From: Theionarchaea archaeon | Lineage (GTDB): Archaea > Methanobacteriota_B > Thermococci > Methanofastidiosales > SZ-28-30 | Length of the DNA stretch: 64,000 bases | Direction of reading: 5' to 3' | NCBI GenBank assembly: GCA_018992685.1 | Contig: JACVGT010000031.1 | Coordinates: 4,185-68,184, forward strand | Program-made: the position numbers and the translations under genes | The notes under the pieces: generated by a model | What the model was told of the DNA's origin: nothing | Database searches by the model: none | What the model saw: only the letters and a program-made list of their open reading frames with translations | Shown: positions 26,586 through 36,270 of the stretch, in pieces | Layout: each line of letters opens with the position of its first letter | How positions within the stretch are numbered: the stretch's first letter is position 1

Positions 26586-27464
26586 ATGGAACCTGAAAAA
26601 AAGAAACGAATTATTGACACAGGAGGAATTCTCTTTGCATTGTTTATCCTGCTCCTGGGAGTCTTCTCAATGTTGCTTGATGTATCACCTTTTGCTGGGA
26701 TTTTCTATCTGCTGAAGTTTTGGCCGGTGTTGTTGATAGGTCTCGGGATATGGCTTGTCTTCAAACATGCACAACATGAGGGCATAGGTGCTGTGGTTCT
26801 GGCAGTGCTCCTTGTGGTGGCAGTGTACAGTGCTTTCTCTCAGGTGGAGGTGCAGTCATTCCATAGCGAGGAGAAAGAGCTTTCCTCTGGCTTGACAGAC
26901 CTTGAAGCATCGCTGGATTTGCTGTTCGGTGTGTTCTCTGTGGACGCCGCCTCAGATAACCTCTACATCCTTAAGGGATATGAATCCATGGACTCCAGTT
27001 TCTACACTGCTGGAAGCACGGGCTACCTTGATCTTTCGTTGACAGCTGAATCATTTATCCCTCTGGCTGGATCACACGAGGCGGAAATTCTCCTCACAGA
27101 CACCCTGCCCCTAGTAGTTCATGCAGATGCAGCCTTTTCGACGGTGAAATTCGATGCCTCCCGTCTCAACATACAGGAACTTGTTATTACTGGGGGACTG
27201 TCCAGCTTTGAGCTGGTGTTGGGGGAAACGAATACTGACATCTCTCTTTCCATGGGCATGTCATCAGTCACGATTTATGTTCCCCAGACTGTGGGGGTTA
27301 GGATCGTTTCCACTGGGCTGACATCTTTGTCTGTGCCTACTGGCTGGATAAAAATCGATGATGGATACATGAGTCCCAACTATGATACAGCACTCTACAG
27401 GATTGAAGTAGACTCAAGCACAGGATTGGGAACAATCGTTGTAAAGTACGTGGACTTGTTCTGA
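26586..27464 (+). CDS. membrane protein, LiaF/DUF4097-like (N-terminal TM bundle plus beta-rich C-terminal domain)
   Basis: 3-4 TM helices (ILFALFILLLGVF, FWPVLLIGLGIWLVF, AVVLAVLLVVAVY) are followed by a repetitive beta-strand region (VKFDASRLNIQELVITGGLSSFELVLGETNTDISLSMGMSSVTIYVP). Confidence 0.55.
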   Translation: MEPEKKKRIIDTGGILFALFILLLGVFSMLLDVSPFAGIFYLLKFWPVLLIGLGIWLVFKHAQHEGIGAVVLAVLLVVAVYSAFSQVEVQSFHSEEKELSSGLTDLEASLDLLFGVFSVDAASDNLYILKGYESMDSSFYTAGSTGYLDLSLTAESFIPLAGSHEAEILLTDTLPLVVHADAAFSTVKFDASRLNIQELVITGGLSSFELVLGETNTDISLSMGMSSVTIYVPQTVGVRIVSTGLTSLSVPTGWIKIDDGYMSPNYDTALYRIEVDSSTGLGTIVVKYVDLF

Positions 27465-27995
27465 GCCAGAGCCTGTGTCTTCACAAGCTCCAACACTCAT
27501 GACCTGTTGGATTCACGGACCATGTCAGAAGACCTGAAGAATTCGTCCACATGAAGGGAGCTCCTCAATCAGAACAGTCTTTTCCTGTTGAAAGGAAATA
27601 TACCCGTTGTACTACCGCCTTACCTGAAGGTACTATCACAGTCCTTCCCAAATTAGAGAGTAGTGGCATGATGGAATGGATGGGAGAGAGTATCCAGTGC
27701 CAACACGAGAACAGGTTGCAGGCCTATTTCCTCACAAGAGCAAGCGTGTAGCACAAGAGTCCCACAGGGGATTGACCATTTAGAATTAGCACTCAAGTAT
27801 CATAAAATACACAAAACCATTCTGAACCAGAGTGCATCAGCTCTCATAAGCTCTATCACCGGTCAATTATTGGATTCATTCATCATCTGCACTACGTGTA
27901 TCTCTTTCCTTTTTGAATTCTTCATATTCAGTGGGATTCACTACGCACAGGGGAATCTTCCGCGCTGTCTCTCGAGATCCAATCCACGCATGTAC

Positions 27996-28127
27996 TCAGT
28001 CTTGGGCCAGACTCTCCACAAGGTTTAACCGCTCTCCTTCCTCGAGGATCATCAGATTGCCACAGTGTGAGCACCTGAGGGCTTTCCTCTTCTTTCCGTC
28101 TATCATTACTTCTTCTACTTTCGCCAT
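27996..28127 (-). CDS. candidate small ORF (43 aa, MAKVEEVMIDGKKRKALRCSHCGNLMILEEGERLNLVESLAQD)
   Basis: ATG is preceded by SD GGAGGT at 5-nt spacing, with an AT-rich TATA-like AAATATATATATAG about 60 nt upstream. It has a single CxxC. It is below the ORF-track cutoff and lies inside an otherwise ORF-poor 870-bp gap. Confidence 0.3.
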   Translation of the reverse strand: MAKVEEVMIDGKKRKALRCSHCGNLMILEEGERLNLVESLAQD

Positions 28128-28338
28128 TAAATACCTCCTGGAAACTTGAACTCTGAACGTTCTTATCTTTCAGTTGGCTATATATATATTTCGGTCTACT
28201 TGGAATATTTCCAAACAAGAAGTGGTAGATTTGCTTACATGAGGGAGAAAGGGGAAGATTAGCCTCCATTTCTCCAGAGGTTCTCTCTCTTCTTCAGGTG
28301 AGGGGAACGTATTTATGGCAACCCTGTAAGAGATACCC

Positions 28339-28890
28339 ATGAAAACAGTTCGACCTCCCGAAATTGTGTTGTACCCCAGCAGCGTTGTTCTCGTTACCTC
28401 ATCTTACCAGGGTAAAGACAATATTATCACACTTGCATGGATTTCTACAGCGTGTTTTGACCCTCCTCTGGTGGCCTGTGCCATCAGAGACACCCGATAT
28501 TCTCACGGACTGATCAAGAACAGCAAGGAATTCGTTCTCAATATACCGTCTGAGAACCTGGTTCGAGAAACGGATTACTGCGGACAAGTATCAGGAAGAA
28601 CGGTGGACAAATTTGCCGCGTGCAAGTTCACCCGGCTTCCAGGATCCAAGGTCAAAGCCCCGCTCATACAGGAATGCCCTGTCAACATTGAGTGCACGGT
28701 GACTCAAATTGTTCATCTAGGCACGCATGACCTGTTCATTGGGGAAGTGGTAGCTGTGGATGCTGACGAAGATGTGGTAGAAGAGAATAGCATATCCTTT
28801 GAGAAGCTGAGGCCCCTTGCTTACACTAGTGGTGACTACTGGACCCTGGGGAATTCTGTGGGGAAGTACGGGTTCTCAAAGAAGTCCTGA
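28339..28890 (+). CDS. flavin reductase-like (FMN-binding split-barrel) protein
   Basis: SVVLVTSSYQGKDNIITLAWISTACFDPPLVACAIR...EFVLNIP...ECPVNIECTV. Confidence 0.85.
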   Translation: MKTVRPPEIVLYPSSVVLVTSSYQGKDNIITLAWISTACFDPPLVACAIRDTRYSHGLIKNSKEFVLNIPSENLVRETDYCGQVSGRTVDKFAACKFTRLPGSKVKAPLIQECPVNIECTVTQIVHLGTHDLFIGEVVAVDADEDVVEENSISFEKLRPLAYTSGDYWTLGNSVGKYGFSKKS

Positions 28891-29614
28891 GCCATTGCAG
28901 GGAAGCATTGATCTCCTCTGGCGTGTCGTGGGGAGCTTCCAGGGTGTAAGCACCTTCATATCCGGATTTGGAAATGGTAGAGAAAATGGGTGGGAAATCG
29001 AGGGTTCCGTCCAGGGGCTTGAGGTACCTCCTCTTCCCGTCAAGAATCCACTGACCATCATAATCTCTCACATGAACATTGTTGATACGGGATGAAAAGG
29101 TCAAGACCTCGTCCAGACAGTTGTACTTGCTGGTGTATTCCAGGTCAATGGTGAAGAAAGGACTTTCCAGATTTCTGTGAAGAAAAGAGGCCGCATAGGG
29201 AATTTCAATTGCTATGTGAGGGATCAGTTCAATGCTGAGTGTGAGAGAGCACCCTTCAGCGTAATACTCAAGAGAATTCAGAAGGGACACCAGGCGTCTC
29301 AGGTCTAAAGACTCATTCAAGGAGTTATATGCATGAAGGACGAGTGTAGTAGCTCCCACCCTGTGAGCTATGTCAATATCCTGAATGACCAGATCCTTTC
29401 CTTTGTCGGGGTCCTCTTCCAGGATGATACATGAGTGCTTTGATCCATGTACAGAAAAAAAAGGGTAGCCATTGAATATGGTTGAAACCTCCTTCTTATT
29501 CCATGCATTGAAGAGGAATAACTCGAAATGGTCAGTATCCAGGTGAGATAGAAAAGGCTCTACTGTTTCAGGCTCGCGCCGTGGTATGCAGCAGGTGGAA
29601 CAGCTAACTATCAT
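28826..29614 (-). CDS. xylose-isomerase-like TIM-barrel (sugar phosphate isomerase/epimerase family) protein
   Basis: Alternating beta-strand/acidic pattern (LVLHAY, LSIELIP, FTIDLEY, NVHVRDYD, YTLEAPH). The 3' end overlaps the convergent flavin reductase gene by 65 nt. Confidence 0.6.
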   Translation of the reverse strand: MIVSCSTCCIPRREPETVEPFLSHLDTDHFELFLFNAWNKKEVSTIFNGYPFFSVHGSKHSCIILEEDPDKGKDLVIQDIDIAHRVGATTLVLHAYNSLNESLDLRRLVSLLNSLEYYAEGCSLTLSIELIPHIAIEIPYAASFLHRNLESPFFTIDLEYTSKYNCLDEVLTFSSRINNVHVRDYDGQWILDGKRRYLKPLDGTLDFPPIFSTISKSGYEGAYTLEAPHDTPEEINASLQWLRTSLRTRTSPQNSPGSSSHH

Positions 29615-29748
29615 GCTGCCAGAAAGACATAGAGATATAAGAACCTTTCACGAAATGTGAGATCTGCTGCTGCAGGGGATGGACGGTACACCGTGGTACA
29701 GTTCACTTGATCGCTCTGTGTCCTCAACATCCGTTCTGTAACCAAGGC

Positions 29749-29756
29749 TTTTTTAA
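29749..29756 (+). promoter_or_regulatory. TATA-like box (TTTTTTAA) for polB
   Basis: It lies 30 nt upstream of ATG 29779. Confidence 0.4.
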
Positions 29757-29778
29757 CCAGTATACCATTAGGTCATCC

Positions 29779-32034
29779 ATGAAAGGGCTGATAATTCATC
29801 CAACATACAGAACTCACGGTGGAAAATCCTTTGTCCATTTGTATGGCAGATTGGAAAATGGGGAATCGTTCCTGGCTATCAATGAATTTCGCCCTTATTT
29901 CTACATTAAGAGATCAGATTTGAATACAGCCCTCAATGTAGAGCCACTTGAATTCAAGGAGACGGATATGAAGACATTTTCAGGAGACCCTGTGGTAAAA
30001 ATCTTCACACAGTACCCCAAAGAGGTTGCTGATCTCAGGAGAATCCTGGAGAAGAGAGATATTGAATGTTATGAGGCTGATATCCGCTTTGCATACAGAT
30101 TTCTCATTGATTGTGACATTAGAGGGTTCTGTGAAGTTGAAGGAGAATACCGGCCAGGAGAGCGAGTGGATCGCATTTATGAGAACCCGCAGGTTTCTCC
30201 CGTTGAGCCCTGCGATATCCCGGTCACCACCCTTTCTCTTGACATTGAGGTAGATGAATCGACGGGGGAAATCGTTTGCGCCACACTGTATGATGGTGAA
30301 TACTCCACGTTCTTGTTGAAACAGCACTGCGAACACGCAGTGACCTGCACCTCTGAAATAGAACTCCTGGGAAAGGTGAAAGAAGCATTACTGGCACGTG
30401 ATCCTGATGTTATCACCGGGTGGAATGTGGTGGACTTTGACCTGAGGTACATACAGGACCGTTTCAGGCATTACAAGCTCACCTTTGATGCAGGAAGATC
30501 AGAAGCCTCCACCAGGTTCAGGGTTGAATCGTCATTTATCAGGGCATCGAGGGCCACGATTGATGGAAGGATGGTCCTGGACGCCATGCATCTATTGAGG
30601 GATTTCTTCATAAAACTGGAAGACTACAAATTGGATACTGCAGGAAAGGCGATCCTGGGTGAGGGAAAAGTGGATATTGAAAAGGATATAGCCAAGGTGT
30701 GGAGAGAAACGCCTTCCCTTCTTGTGGAATACAACCAAAAGGACACCAGACTTGTATATGACATTATTACTGAGAAACATCTCATTGAATTGACCACGAG
30801 AATGACAGGCATTACCGGGTTGCAGTTGGACAGGGTGAAAGCTGCCATTGCTTCCCTGGACTCATTATACCTGAGAGAGTCTCAGAAGAGGGGAATCGTG
30901 TGCCCTTCAGTATCAGGAGGGAGCAGGAAGCGAGTAACTGGTGGGCTGGTACAGGAACCCAGGTATGGCATATACGAGTATGTGCTCCTCTTTGATTTCA
31001 AGAGTCTGTACCCCTCTATCATGGCCACCTTCAACATCGATCCCCTGACTTATACGGAAAAGGAAACGGCCATCAAAGCGCCCAATGGGGCATTCTTCCT
31101 GGAAGAGCCAGGCATTCTCCCGGAGATCATTTTAACTCTGCTAAGAAGGAGAGGCCAGGCCGTAATCTATGAGGAACAGTACGCTATCAAAATCATCATG
31201 AATTCTCTGTTCGGTGTCCTGGGGAACCCCAATTGCAGGTTTTACAATTCCAGAATTGCCAACGCTATCACATCTTTCGGGCGGTATTTTCTGGAAGAAA
31301 CCACAGAAAAAGTCGAAGCCATGAATTATGAGGTCATTTACGGGGATACTGATTCTGTATTTGTTGTCTCCAGGGCAGAATCCATGGAGGAGGCAACAAC
31401 AATGGGACAGACCATTGAAAGGACTATCAATGAATTCTACGATGGATACGTCGAGGAGAACTACGGCAGGACGAACTATCTCGAACTGGAGCTGGAGCAG
31501 GCCTATCAGAAATTCTTGCTGCCCAGACAGCGTCACGTCAAGAAAGGGGCAAAAAAACGGTATGCAGGGTATCACAATGGGGACATTGACATTGTGGGAT
31601 TGGAGTACGTGAGGAGGGACTGGACAGAACTGGCAAAAGAGTTCCAGTATGCTCTGTTGAGAAAAGTGTTTACGGGTGAGAATTTCGAAGAATACATCAG
31701 AAAAACAGTTAAAGACCTGAAAGCTGGAAGGTTGGACCATCTTCTCATCTACAAGAAAGGTGTGAGGAAGGGTCTGGGTGAATATACCAAGACCACGCCT
31801 CCCCACGTTAAGGCAGCCCGCAAGATGGATGGGTTCTCAGAAAGGATCATCTCATACGTGATGACCAAACGAGGTCCTGAACCAGTGGAGAATAATCCTA
31901 GCCGTATTGACTATGATCATTATGTGGAAAAACAGCTCAAACCCATAGCTAACAGCATTCTGCACTTTTATGATAGGAGTTTTTCCGATGTGGTCACGGG
32001 GCAACGGCAAACAAGTCTTGAACACTTCATGTGA
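29779..32034 (+). CDS. polB: family B DNA polymerase, bacterial Pol II-like
   Basis: Exo I LSLDIEV; PDVITGWNVVDFDLRYI; motif A DFKSLYPSIMATFNIDP; KIIMNSLFGVLG; motif C VIYGDTDSVFV; KKRYAG; PPHVKAARK; C-terminal IDYDHYVEKQLKPIANSIL. Start moved to ATG 29779 (MKGLIIHPTYR). Confidence 0.93.
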   Translation: MKGLIIHPTYRTHGGKSFVHLYGRLENGESFLAINEFRPYFYIKRSDLNTALNVEPLEFKETDMKTFSGDPVVKIFTQYPKEVADLRRILEKRDIECYEADIRFAYRFLIDCDIRGFCEVEGEYRPGERVDRIYENPQVSPVEPCDIPVTTLSLDIEVDESTGEIVCATLYDGEYSTFLLKQHCEHAVTCTSEIELLGKVKEALLARDPDVITGWNVVDFDLRYIQDRFRHYKLTFDAGRSEASTRFRVESSFIRASRATIDGRMVLDAMHLLRDFFIKLEDYKLDTAGKAILGEGKVDIEKDIAKVWRETPSLLVEYNQKDTRLVYDIITEKHLIELTTRMTGITGLQLDRVKAAIASLDSLYLRESQKRGIVCPSVSGGSRKRVTGGLVQEPRYGIYEYVLLFDFKSLYPSIMATFNIDPLTYTEKETAIKAPNGAFFLEEPGILPEIILTLLRRRGQAVIYEEQYAIKIIMNSLFGVLGNPNCRFYNSRIANAITSFGRYFLEETTEKVEAMNYEVIYGDTDSVFVVSRAESMEEATTMGQTIERTINEFYDGYVEENYGRTNYLELELEQAYQKFLLPRQRHVKKGAKKRYAGYHNGDIDIVGLEYVRRDWTELAKEFQYALLRKVFTGENFEEYIRKTVKDLKAGRLDHLLIYKKGVRKGLGEYTKTTPPHVKAARKMDGFSERIISYVMTKRGPEPVENNPSRIDYDHYVEKQLKPIANSILHFYDRSFSDVVTGQRQTSLEHFM

Positions 32035-32180
32035 TGATAAGAGGATGTCCTCCTTGCAGACGCTGTGCTTCCTGCACCTGCCTGTAGGTTGCTGGAGCAA
32101 ATGCACATTATGGGCTCATTTCTCATCAACAGCATTGAAAAGCACCTGATTTCCGTTTTGGACAAGTGTCCCCGGAAACC

Positions 32181-32188
32181 TTTATAAG
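32181..32188 (+). promoter_or_regulatory. TATA-like box (TTTATAAG)
   Basis: It lies 31 nt upstream of ATG 32212. Confidence 0.45.
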
Positions 32189-32211
32189 TCATAGACTCCG
32201 CCTTCTCACTT

Positions 32212-34092
32212 ATGAAACGAACCTACATTGTGTGTTTCATCCTACTATTCTCTTTATGGACGCCACTGCATGCTGAGGACCAGCATCAGGCCACCATTAC
32301 GGCGCCTGCTGTGGAACGGACAGCTGATGGGTTGCGGGGAGTCCTCTCTTACATGACTGTGGTCACCCAGCAAGGATCAGGACACATCTATATCGATACC
32401 TGGCCCTTGGCTGAAGTGGATATTCAAGGCTCAGCGCGGCTGGCGGTGCAGGTCGCCTGTGATGTTGTCCACAAGAACTGGGAGCATTATGACTTCTTCA
32501 TCACGGTACGCAGTGATTCACCCATCATTGGAGGCCCTTCAGCAGGAGGAGCCATGACAGTCGCAATCATTGCTTCCTTACAAGGATGGGAACTCAGCAG
32601 TGACGTTGTGATGTCTGGCACTATTAACCCTGATGAAACAGTCGGGCCTGTAGGGGGATTGTACCAGAAAGCTCAGGCCGCCTCTGAGATCGCTCATACC
32701 TTCCTGGTCCCTGATGGTCAAACCACTATTGTGGTGGAAGAACAGACAACAAGAACGCAGGGTCCATTCACCTATATTACCACCAGTCAGAAGCAACTGG
32801 ATCTCGTGGAGGAAGGAAAGGCCATGGGGCTCCAGGTGAAAGAGGTGTATGATATCAGAGAAGCAGTCTACTATTTCACGGGGCAAGAGATTGAAACTTC
32901 CCAGGTGGAAGCTGAACCCATTAAAGCTGATTTTATGAAACCCTATGCACAGCAACAGGTGGATGGAATAGAAAATGAGTATGAATCAGTAACCGACAGT
33001 GTTCAGGAATACACTGGGCCTTATAAGAGTGACCTCCAGCGGGTGCTGGAGTCTGCACAGGAACAGATTACGTATGCACACACAGCCTACGACTCTGGTA
33101 GCTATTACACCTCCGTGAGTGCCTGTTATGTGGCAGGACTGTACATCACGTACGCACAGAATCTGTTGCTGTACTTTGAAAATCAATCAGTGGAGGAAAT
33201 TTTCTCAGACCTCACCCGTGAGATCGATATTGTGTACACCAAGACGACTGAAGCACGTCCGCGCGGGATGACTGCTCTCCAGTGTATTGCCACTGCACAG
33301 AACCGCATCTTCGAAGCACGAGAGTATGTGAAAAGAGCCCAGGCGCAACAATCAACCTCTGGCCAGATTGAATATGCTTCATACGCCGAAAGACGAAAGG
33401 AAAGTGCTGAATTCTGGCTCGAACTTGCCAGTGAATACCAGGAAGGGAGCGAGATAAGCCAGGATGCGTTGCGTAATGCTGCGTCTTCCATGTTGAATAC
33501 GGCAGAGCTTTCTCTGGTGTATGCCTCATCAATCCTATCAGCAGGTGACCTTCTGAGTGAGGCCCAGTCCAGGCTGCAGACTTCGCAGGAGCAGTTCGTG
33601 GAAGAAGTGTATGCCGCTTCCCTGTTTTCGGCTGTGGAAAGCAGAGTCTACTGTGAAGTAGCTTTGATCTCATATTCTGCTCAGAAGGAAGCTCTCGTCC
33701 AGAAAGTGGAGAGAGCTCGAGAACGTGCCACTAAGGCCATTGAAACGTCCCGACAGCAGGGTACTGAACCTGTACTAGCAGTGAGTTACTATGAACTTAC
33801 ACAATCCCTTGATGAAGCGACGCAGTCTTTGATCTATCTCGGGTATGCTGAGGAGGTTGCCTCAATGGCTGAGTACATTGACACACAGCCCTCCGTTCCA
33901 ATGGTCACAGGAGAACCTGCACGAGAACCCCTCACTCCAGGGTCTGGTACAGAATCATCAACTCCAGAACCGTCAGAACATGAGGCTGCACAGCAGAATG
34001 GCGGTCTTGTGGAAGCTCTTGGGATCCTGGGAGCAGGAATAGTAATTGGAATACTTGGTTCCTGGCTGGTGACAAAGTCAGTTCACAGGTAA
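32212..34092 (+). CDS. secreted, membrane-anchored Lon-like (S16) serine peptidase with large helical domain
   Basis: Signal peptide MKRTYIVCFILLFSLWTPLHA. Catalytic Ser motif GGPSAGGAM; Lys in TVGPVGGLYQKAQAA. About 350 aa of helical region. C-terminal TM ALGILGAGIVIGILGSWLV. Confidence 0.7.
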   Translation: MKRTYIVCFILLFSLWTPLHAEDQHQATITAPAVERTADGLRGVLSYMTVVTQQGSGHIYIDTWPLAEVDIQGSARLAVQVACDVVHKNWEHYDFFITVRSDSPIIGGPSAGGAMTVAIIASLQGWELSSDVVMSGTINPDETVGPVGGLYQKAQAASEIAHTFLVPDGQTTIVVEEQTTRTQGPFTYITTSQKQLDLVEEGKAMGLQVKEVYDIREAVYYFTGQEIETSQVEAEPIKADFMKPYAQQQVDGIENEYESVTDSVQEYTGPYKSDLQRVLESAQEQITYAHTAYDSGSYYTSVSACYVAGLYITYAQNLLLYFENQSVEEIFSDLTREIDIVYTKTTEARPRGMTALQCIATAQNRIFEAREYVKRAQAQQSTSGQIEYASYAERRKESAEFWLELASEYQEGSEISQDALRNAASSMLNTAELSLVYASSILSAGDLLSEAQSRLQTSQEQFVEEVYAASLFSAVESRVYCEVALISYSAQKEALVQKVERARERATKAIETSRQQGTEPVLAVSYYELTQSLDEATQSLIYLGYAEEVASMAEYIDTQPSVPMVTGEPAREPLTPGSGTESSTPEPSEHEAAQQNGGLVEALGILGAGIVIGILGSWLVTKSVHR

Positions 34093-34131
34093 TGGTTGCC
34101 GTGCACTGTGAATTACCACTTCAGATTCTCC

Positions 34132-34148
34132 TTTTTTCTGTTTTGTTT
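34132..34148 (+). terminator. oligo-T tract after the Lon-like gene
   Basis: TTTTTTCTGTTTTGTTT lies about 40 nt after the stop. Confidence 0.35.
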
Positions 34149-34391
34149 CAGCACTAGGATTTCAGGGGTTGACGTTTTCCTCACGAGAGTGGGGGTTGGG
34201 TTTACACTAAATGCTGCACACCAAATGATTAAATCATAGAATGTTCCAAGAGAGACGGAAGTGAGATTGAAGCCCGATCTCGAGGTTGAACGGGGGCAAT
34301 AGTTCGAGTTCTTGGGGATGGCTCTCCCTCACTTCCCTCGACCAAAAATCTGGCGTGTGGCTCAATGAACTGATCAAAGAAATGGAGAGGA

Positions 34392-35495
34392 TTACTCCAT
34401 AGATTCAAACCTGTTCTTGAGTTTCTCCAGCACTTTGGGGAGAGTAGTATACTCCATATCTTCCTGCGGCAGCCTGTGTGGCTCAAACGGACCGTGCCTG
34501 CGCATGTACTCTGCAATCTTCTGGGCTTTTTTCCTTGTCATGTCAAAGGCAGGATCGTCAAATAGGTCAACTGGCCCGATGAGGTTGCCGTTAGAACACT
34601 GGAATCCCAGGGCAACTACCCGAGGAGGTCCATCGAACCGGGTGCAGCGAGCATCTTTCTGCGCAACAGGCATGATGGGTCCATTGTGGCTTCCCCGCAT
34701 CCATCCGGACACCAAGTGGGGGAAGGCAAAGGGTTCCAAGACTTCACCCAATGCAGGCAATCCAGACTGAGACCTCACAATGGCTACAGGATCGTCCTTG
34801 CCCACGTACTCCCCTGCTATGAATGACAGCTTTTCTGTACTGATACAGGCAACTGGTTCATCAGCAGGAAGTTTTCCCCCCTCTTTCGGGTACACTTTCT
34901 TTATCACGTATCGGGACTTTGCTCCGACCAAAGCCAGCATGTCGTACAGTTCCTCAGGACAGGACATCATGACCTTCTTATGTTCTTTGATATCCCATAT
35001 TTCAAATCTGAACCCCTGATGGAAAGAAGGATCAATGATCAACCCCGCAGTGTTAAAGGGATCTGCGAACATTCGAAATATGGGAAGGTTGAATGCTCCC
35101 GGTTCGGTTTTGTCCATCATGAACGTTACCACCGGTTCTGCTTTTCTTTCTGTAAACTCTATCTCTGCAATTCCAGGACCCATTCCCCGGATATTGCCTG
35201 AGAACGCATCTTTCAACAGATCCTGTCCTGCTCCATATAATTTAAGTTCTTTCGCCTTGTTGGCAGCTCTTTCAAACGTGTCCCAAGCCAGCTGATGAAT
35301 CTTGTCCGAGTCCACCCCATGGTTGTGAGTCATGATCAACTCCAGGTCGTCGCCACAGTTGGTGACCACATAGTCTATGAGAAGGCTGGTTTCTTTCAAT
35401 GCCTTTTCAGCTGTCTCAATCAGATCTGGATGAACAACAGCGTGTCCTGGACACGAGCCAACATCAGCCTTAATGAGAGATATGGTCGTTTTCAT
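34392..35495 (-). CDS. fbp: fructose-1,6-bisphosphate aldolase/phosphatase (class V FBPase)
   Basis: MKTTISLIKADVGSCPGHAVVHPDL... and conservation throughout (GAGQDLLKDAFSGNIRGMGPG, MMDKTEPGAFN, HNGPIMPV). Start moved to ATG 35495. Confidence 0.93.
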   Translation of the reverse strand: MKTTISLIKADVGSCPGHAVVHPDLIETAEKALKETSLLIDYVVTNCGDDLELIMTHNHGVDSDKIHQLAWDTFERAANKAKELKLYGAGQDLLKDAFSGNIRGMGPGIAEIEFTERKAEPVVTFMMDKTEPGAFNLPIFRMFADPFNTAGLIIDPSFHQGFRFEIWDIKEHKKVMMSCPEELYDMLALVGAKSRYVIKKVYPKEGGKLPADEPVACISTEKLSFIAGEYVGKDDPVAIVRSQSGLPALGEVLEPFAFPHLVSGWMRGSHNGPIMPVAQKDARCTRFDGPPRVVALGFQCSNGNLIGPVDLFDDPAFDMTRKKAQKIAEYMRRHGPFEPHRLPQEDMEYTTLPKVLEKLKNRFESME

Positions 35496-35516
35496 ATGTG
35501 CCTTACCTAGACTGGT

Positions 35517-35524
35517 AATATAAA
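35517..35524 (-). promoter_or_regulatory. TATA-like box (minus strand TTTATATT) for fbp
   Basis: It lies 29 nt upstream of ATG 35495. Confidence 0.45.
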
Positions 35525-35807
35525 CCTTATGCATTGACATTGACATAGGCATTGAGGACAGCAAGGTCAGTGGGATTATGGGAAGGCCTTCAGCTGCTCA
35601 CGGGTGGCGTCATTGACGTTTGCAGTGGCGGACAGATTGTGCCCCTGAGTACTTGTGTATGTACCATGCTCTGATTTCACGTGCCTCGAGCATACTCTGC
35701 ATTGAGAAACAGAATTGATACCGGTTCTTTCATCACGGTTCCATCTTTTACTCTGGAGAGAATGACCTGGAACGAGGCAGAAGCGGAGGAAGGGAAAAGA
35801 AGATAGA

Positions 35808-36266
35808 CTATCCCTGCATGATCTCAAGAATCTCAGAGATATCGGGGAGCTGAGACAGAGGATAGACCTTTACCGTGAGTACCTTCTGATCCTCGTCAAG
35901 TACTACATTTGCCCGTTCAGAAACCCCATCTTTCTCCCTGAATAGCCCATACTTTGCTGAGACTCCACCGTGGGGCCAGAAATCAGATAGAATCTGTATG
36001 TTCTTGATCCCAAGATGATCTGCCCAGGCCTTCTTACAGGGAACACTATCCACACTGAGCCCACATGCCACTGCATGTATTCTCTCAAATTCTTGTGAGT
36101 TCTCTTCCAGAGACTTCATCTGTTCTGCACACACTTTTGTCCAGGCCAGAGGATGGAAGGACAAGAGAACCTTCTTCCCTCTGTAATCAGACAATCGTAT
36201 CTCTTTCCCGTTCTGGTCATTCAACACAAAATCAGGCGCTTGATCGCCTGGGTTAACTAATGTCAT
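35808..36266 (-). CDS. peroxiredoxin (AhpC/TSA/BCP family)
   Basis: GDQAPDFVLNDQNGKEIRLSDYRGKKVLLSFHPLAWTKVCAEQ carries the peroxidatic Cys context. SD GAGGTGAT upstream, 4 nt after the OFOR beta stop. Confidence 0.85.
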   Translation of the reverse strand: MTLVNPGDQAPDFVLNDQNGKEIRLSDYRGKKVLLSFHPLAWTKVCAEQMKSLEENSQEFERIHAVACGLSVDSVPCKKAWADHLGIKNIQILSDFWPHGGVSAKYGLFREKDGVSERANVVLDEDQKVLTVKVYPLSQLPDISEILEIMQG

Positions 36267-36270
36267 GACA

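Noticed and set aside
28826-28890. The 65-nt 3' overlap of the convergent flavin reductase and TIM-barrel genes, considered as a regulatory antisense arrangement
   Set aside because: The C-terminal tail of the TIM-barrel ORF (…RTRTSPQNSPGSSSHH) looks like low-information read-through. The overlap may simply reflect a late stop codon.
34229-34345. A tRNA-like or structured-RNA impression (repeated GGAAGTGAG, GC-rich arms) downstream of the Lon-like gene
   Set aside because: I could not fold a cloverleaf on either strand. There is no T-loop consensus with a paired stem.
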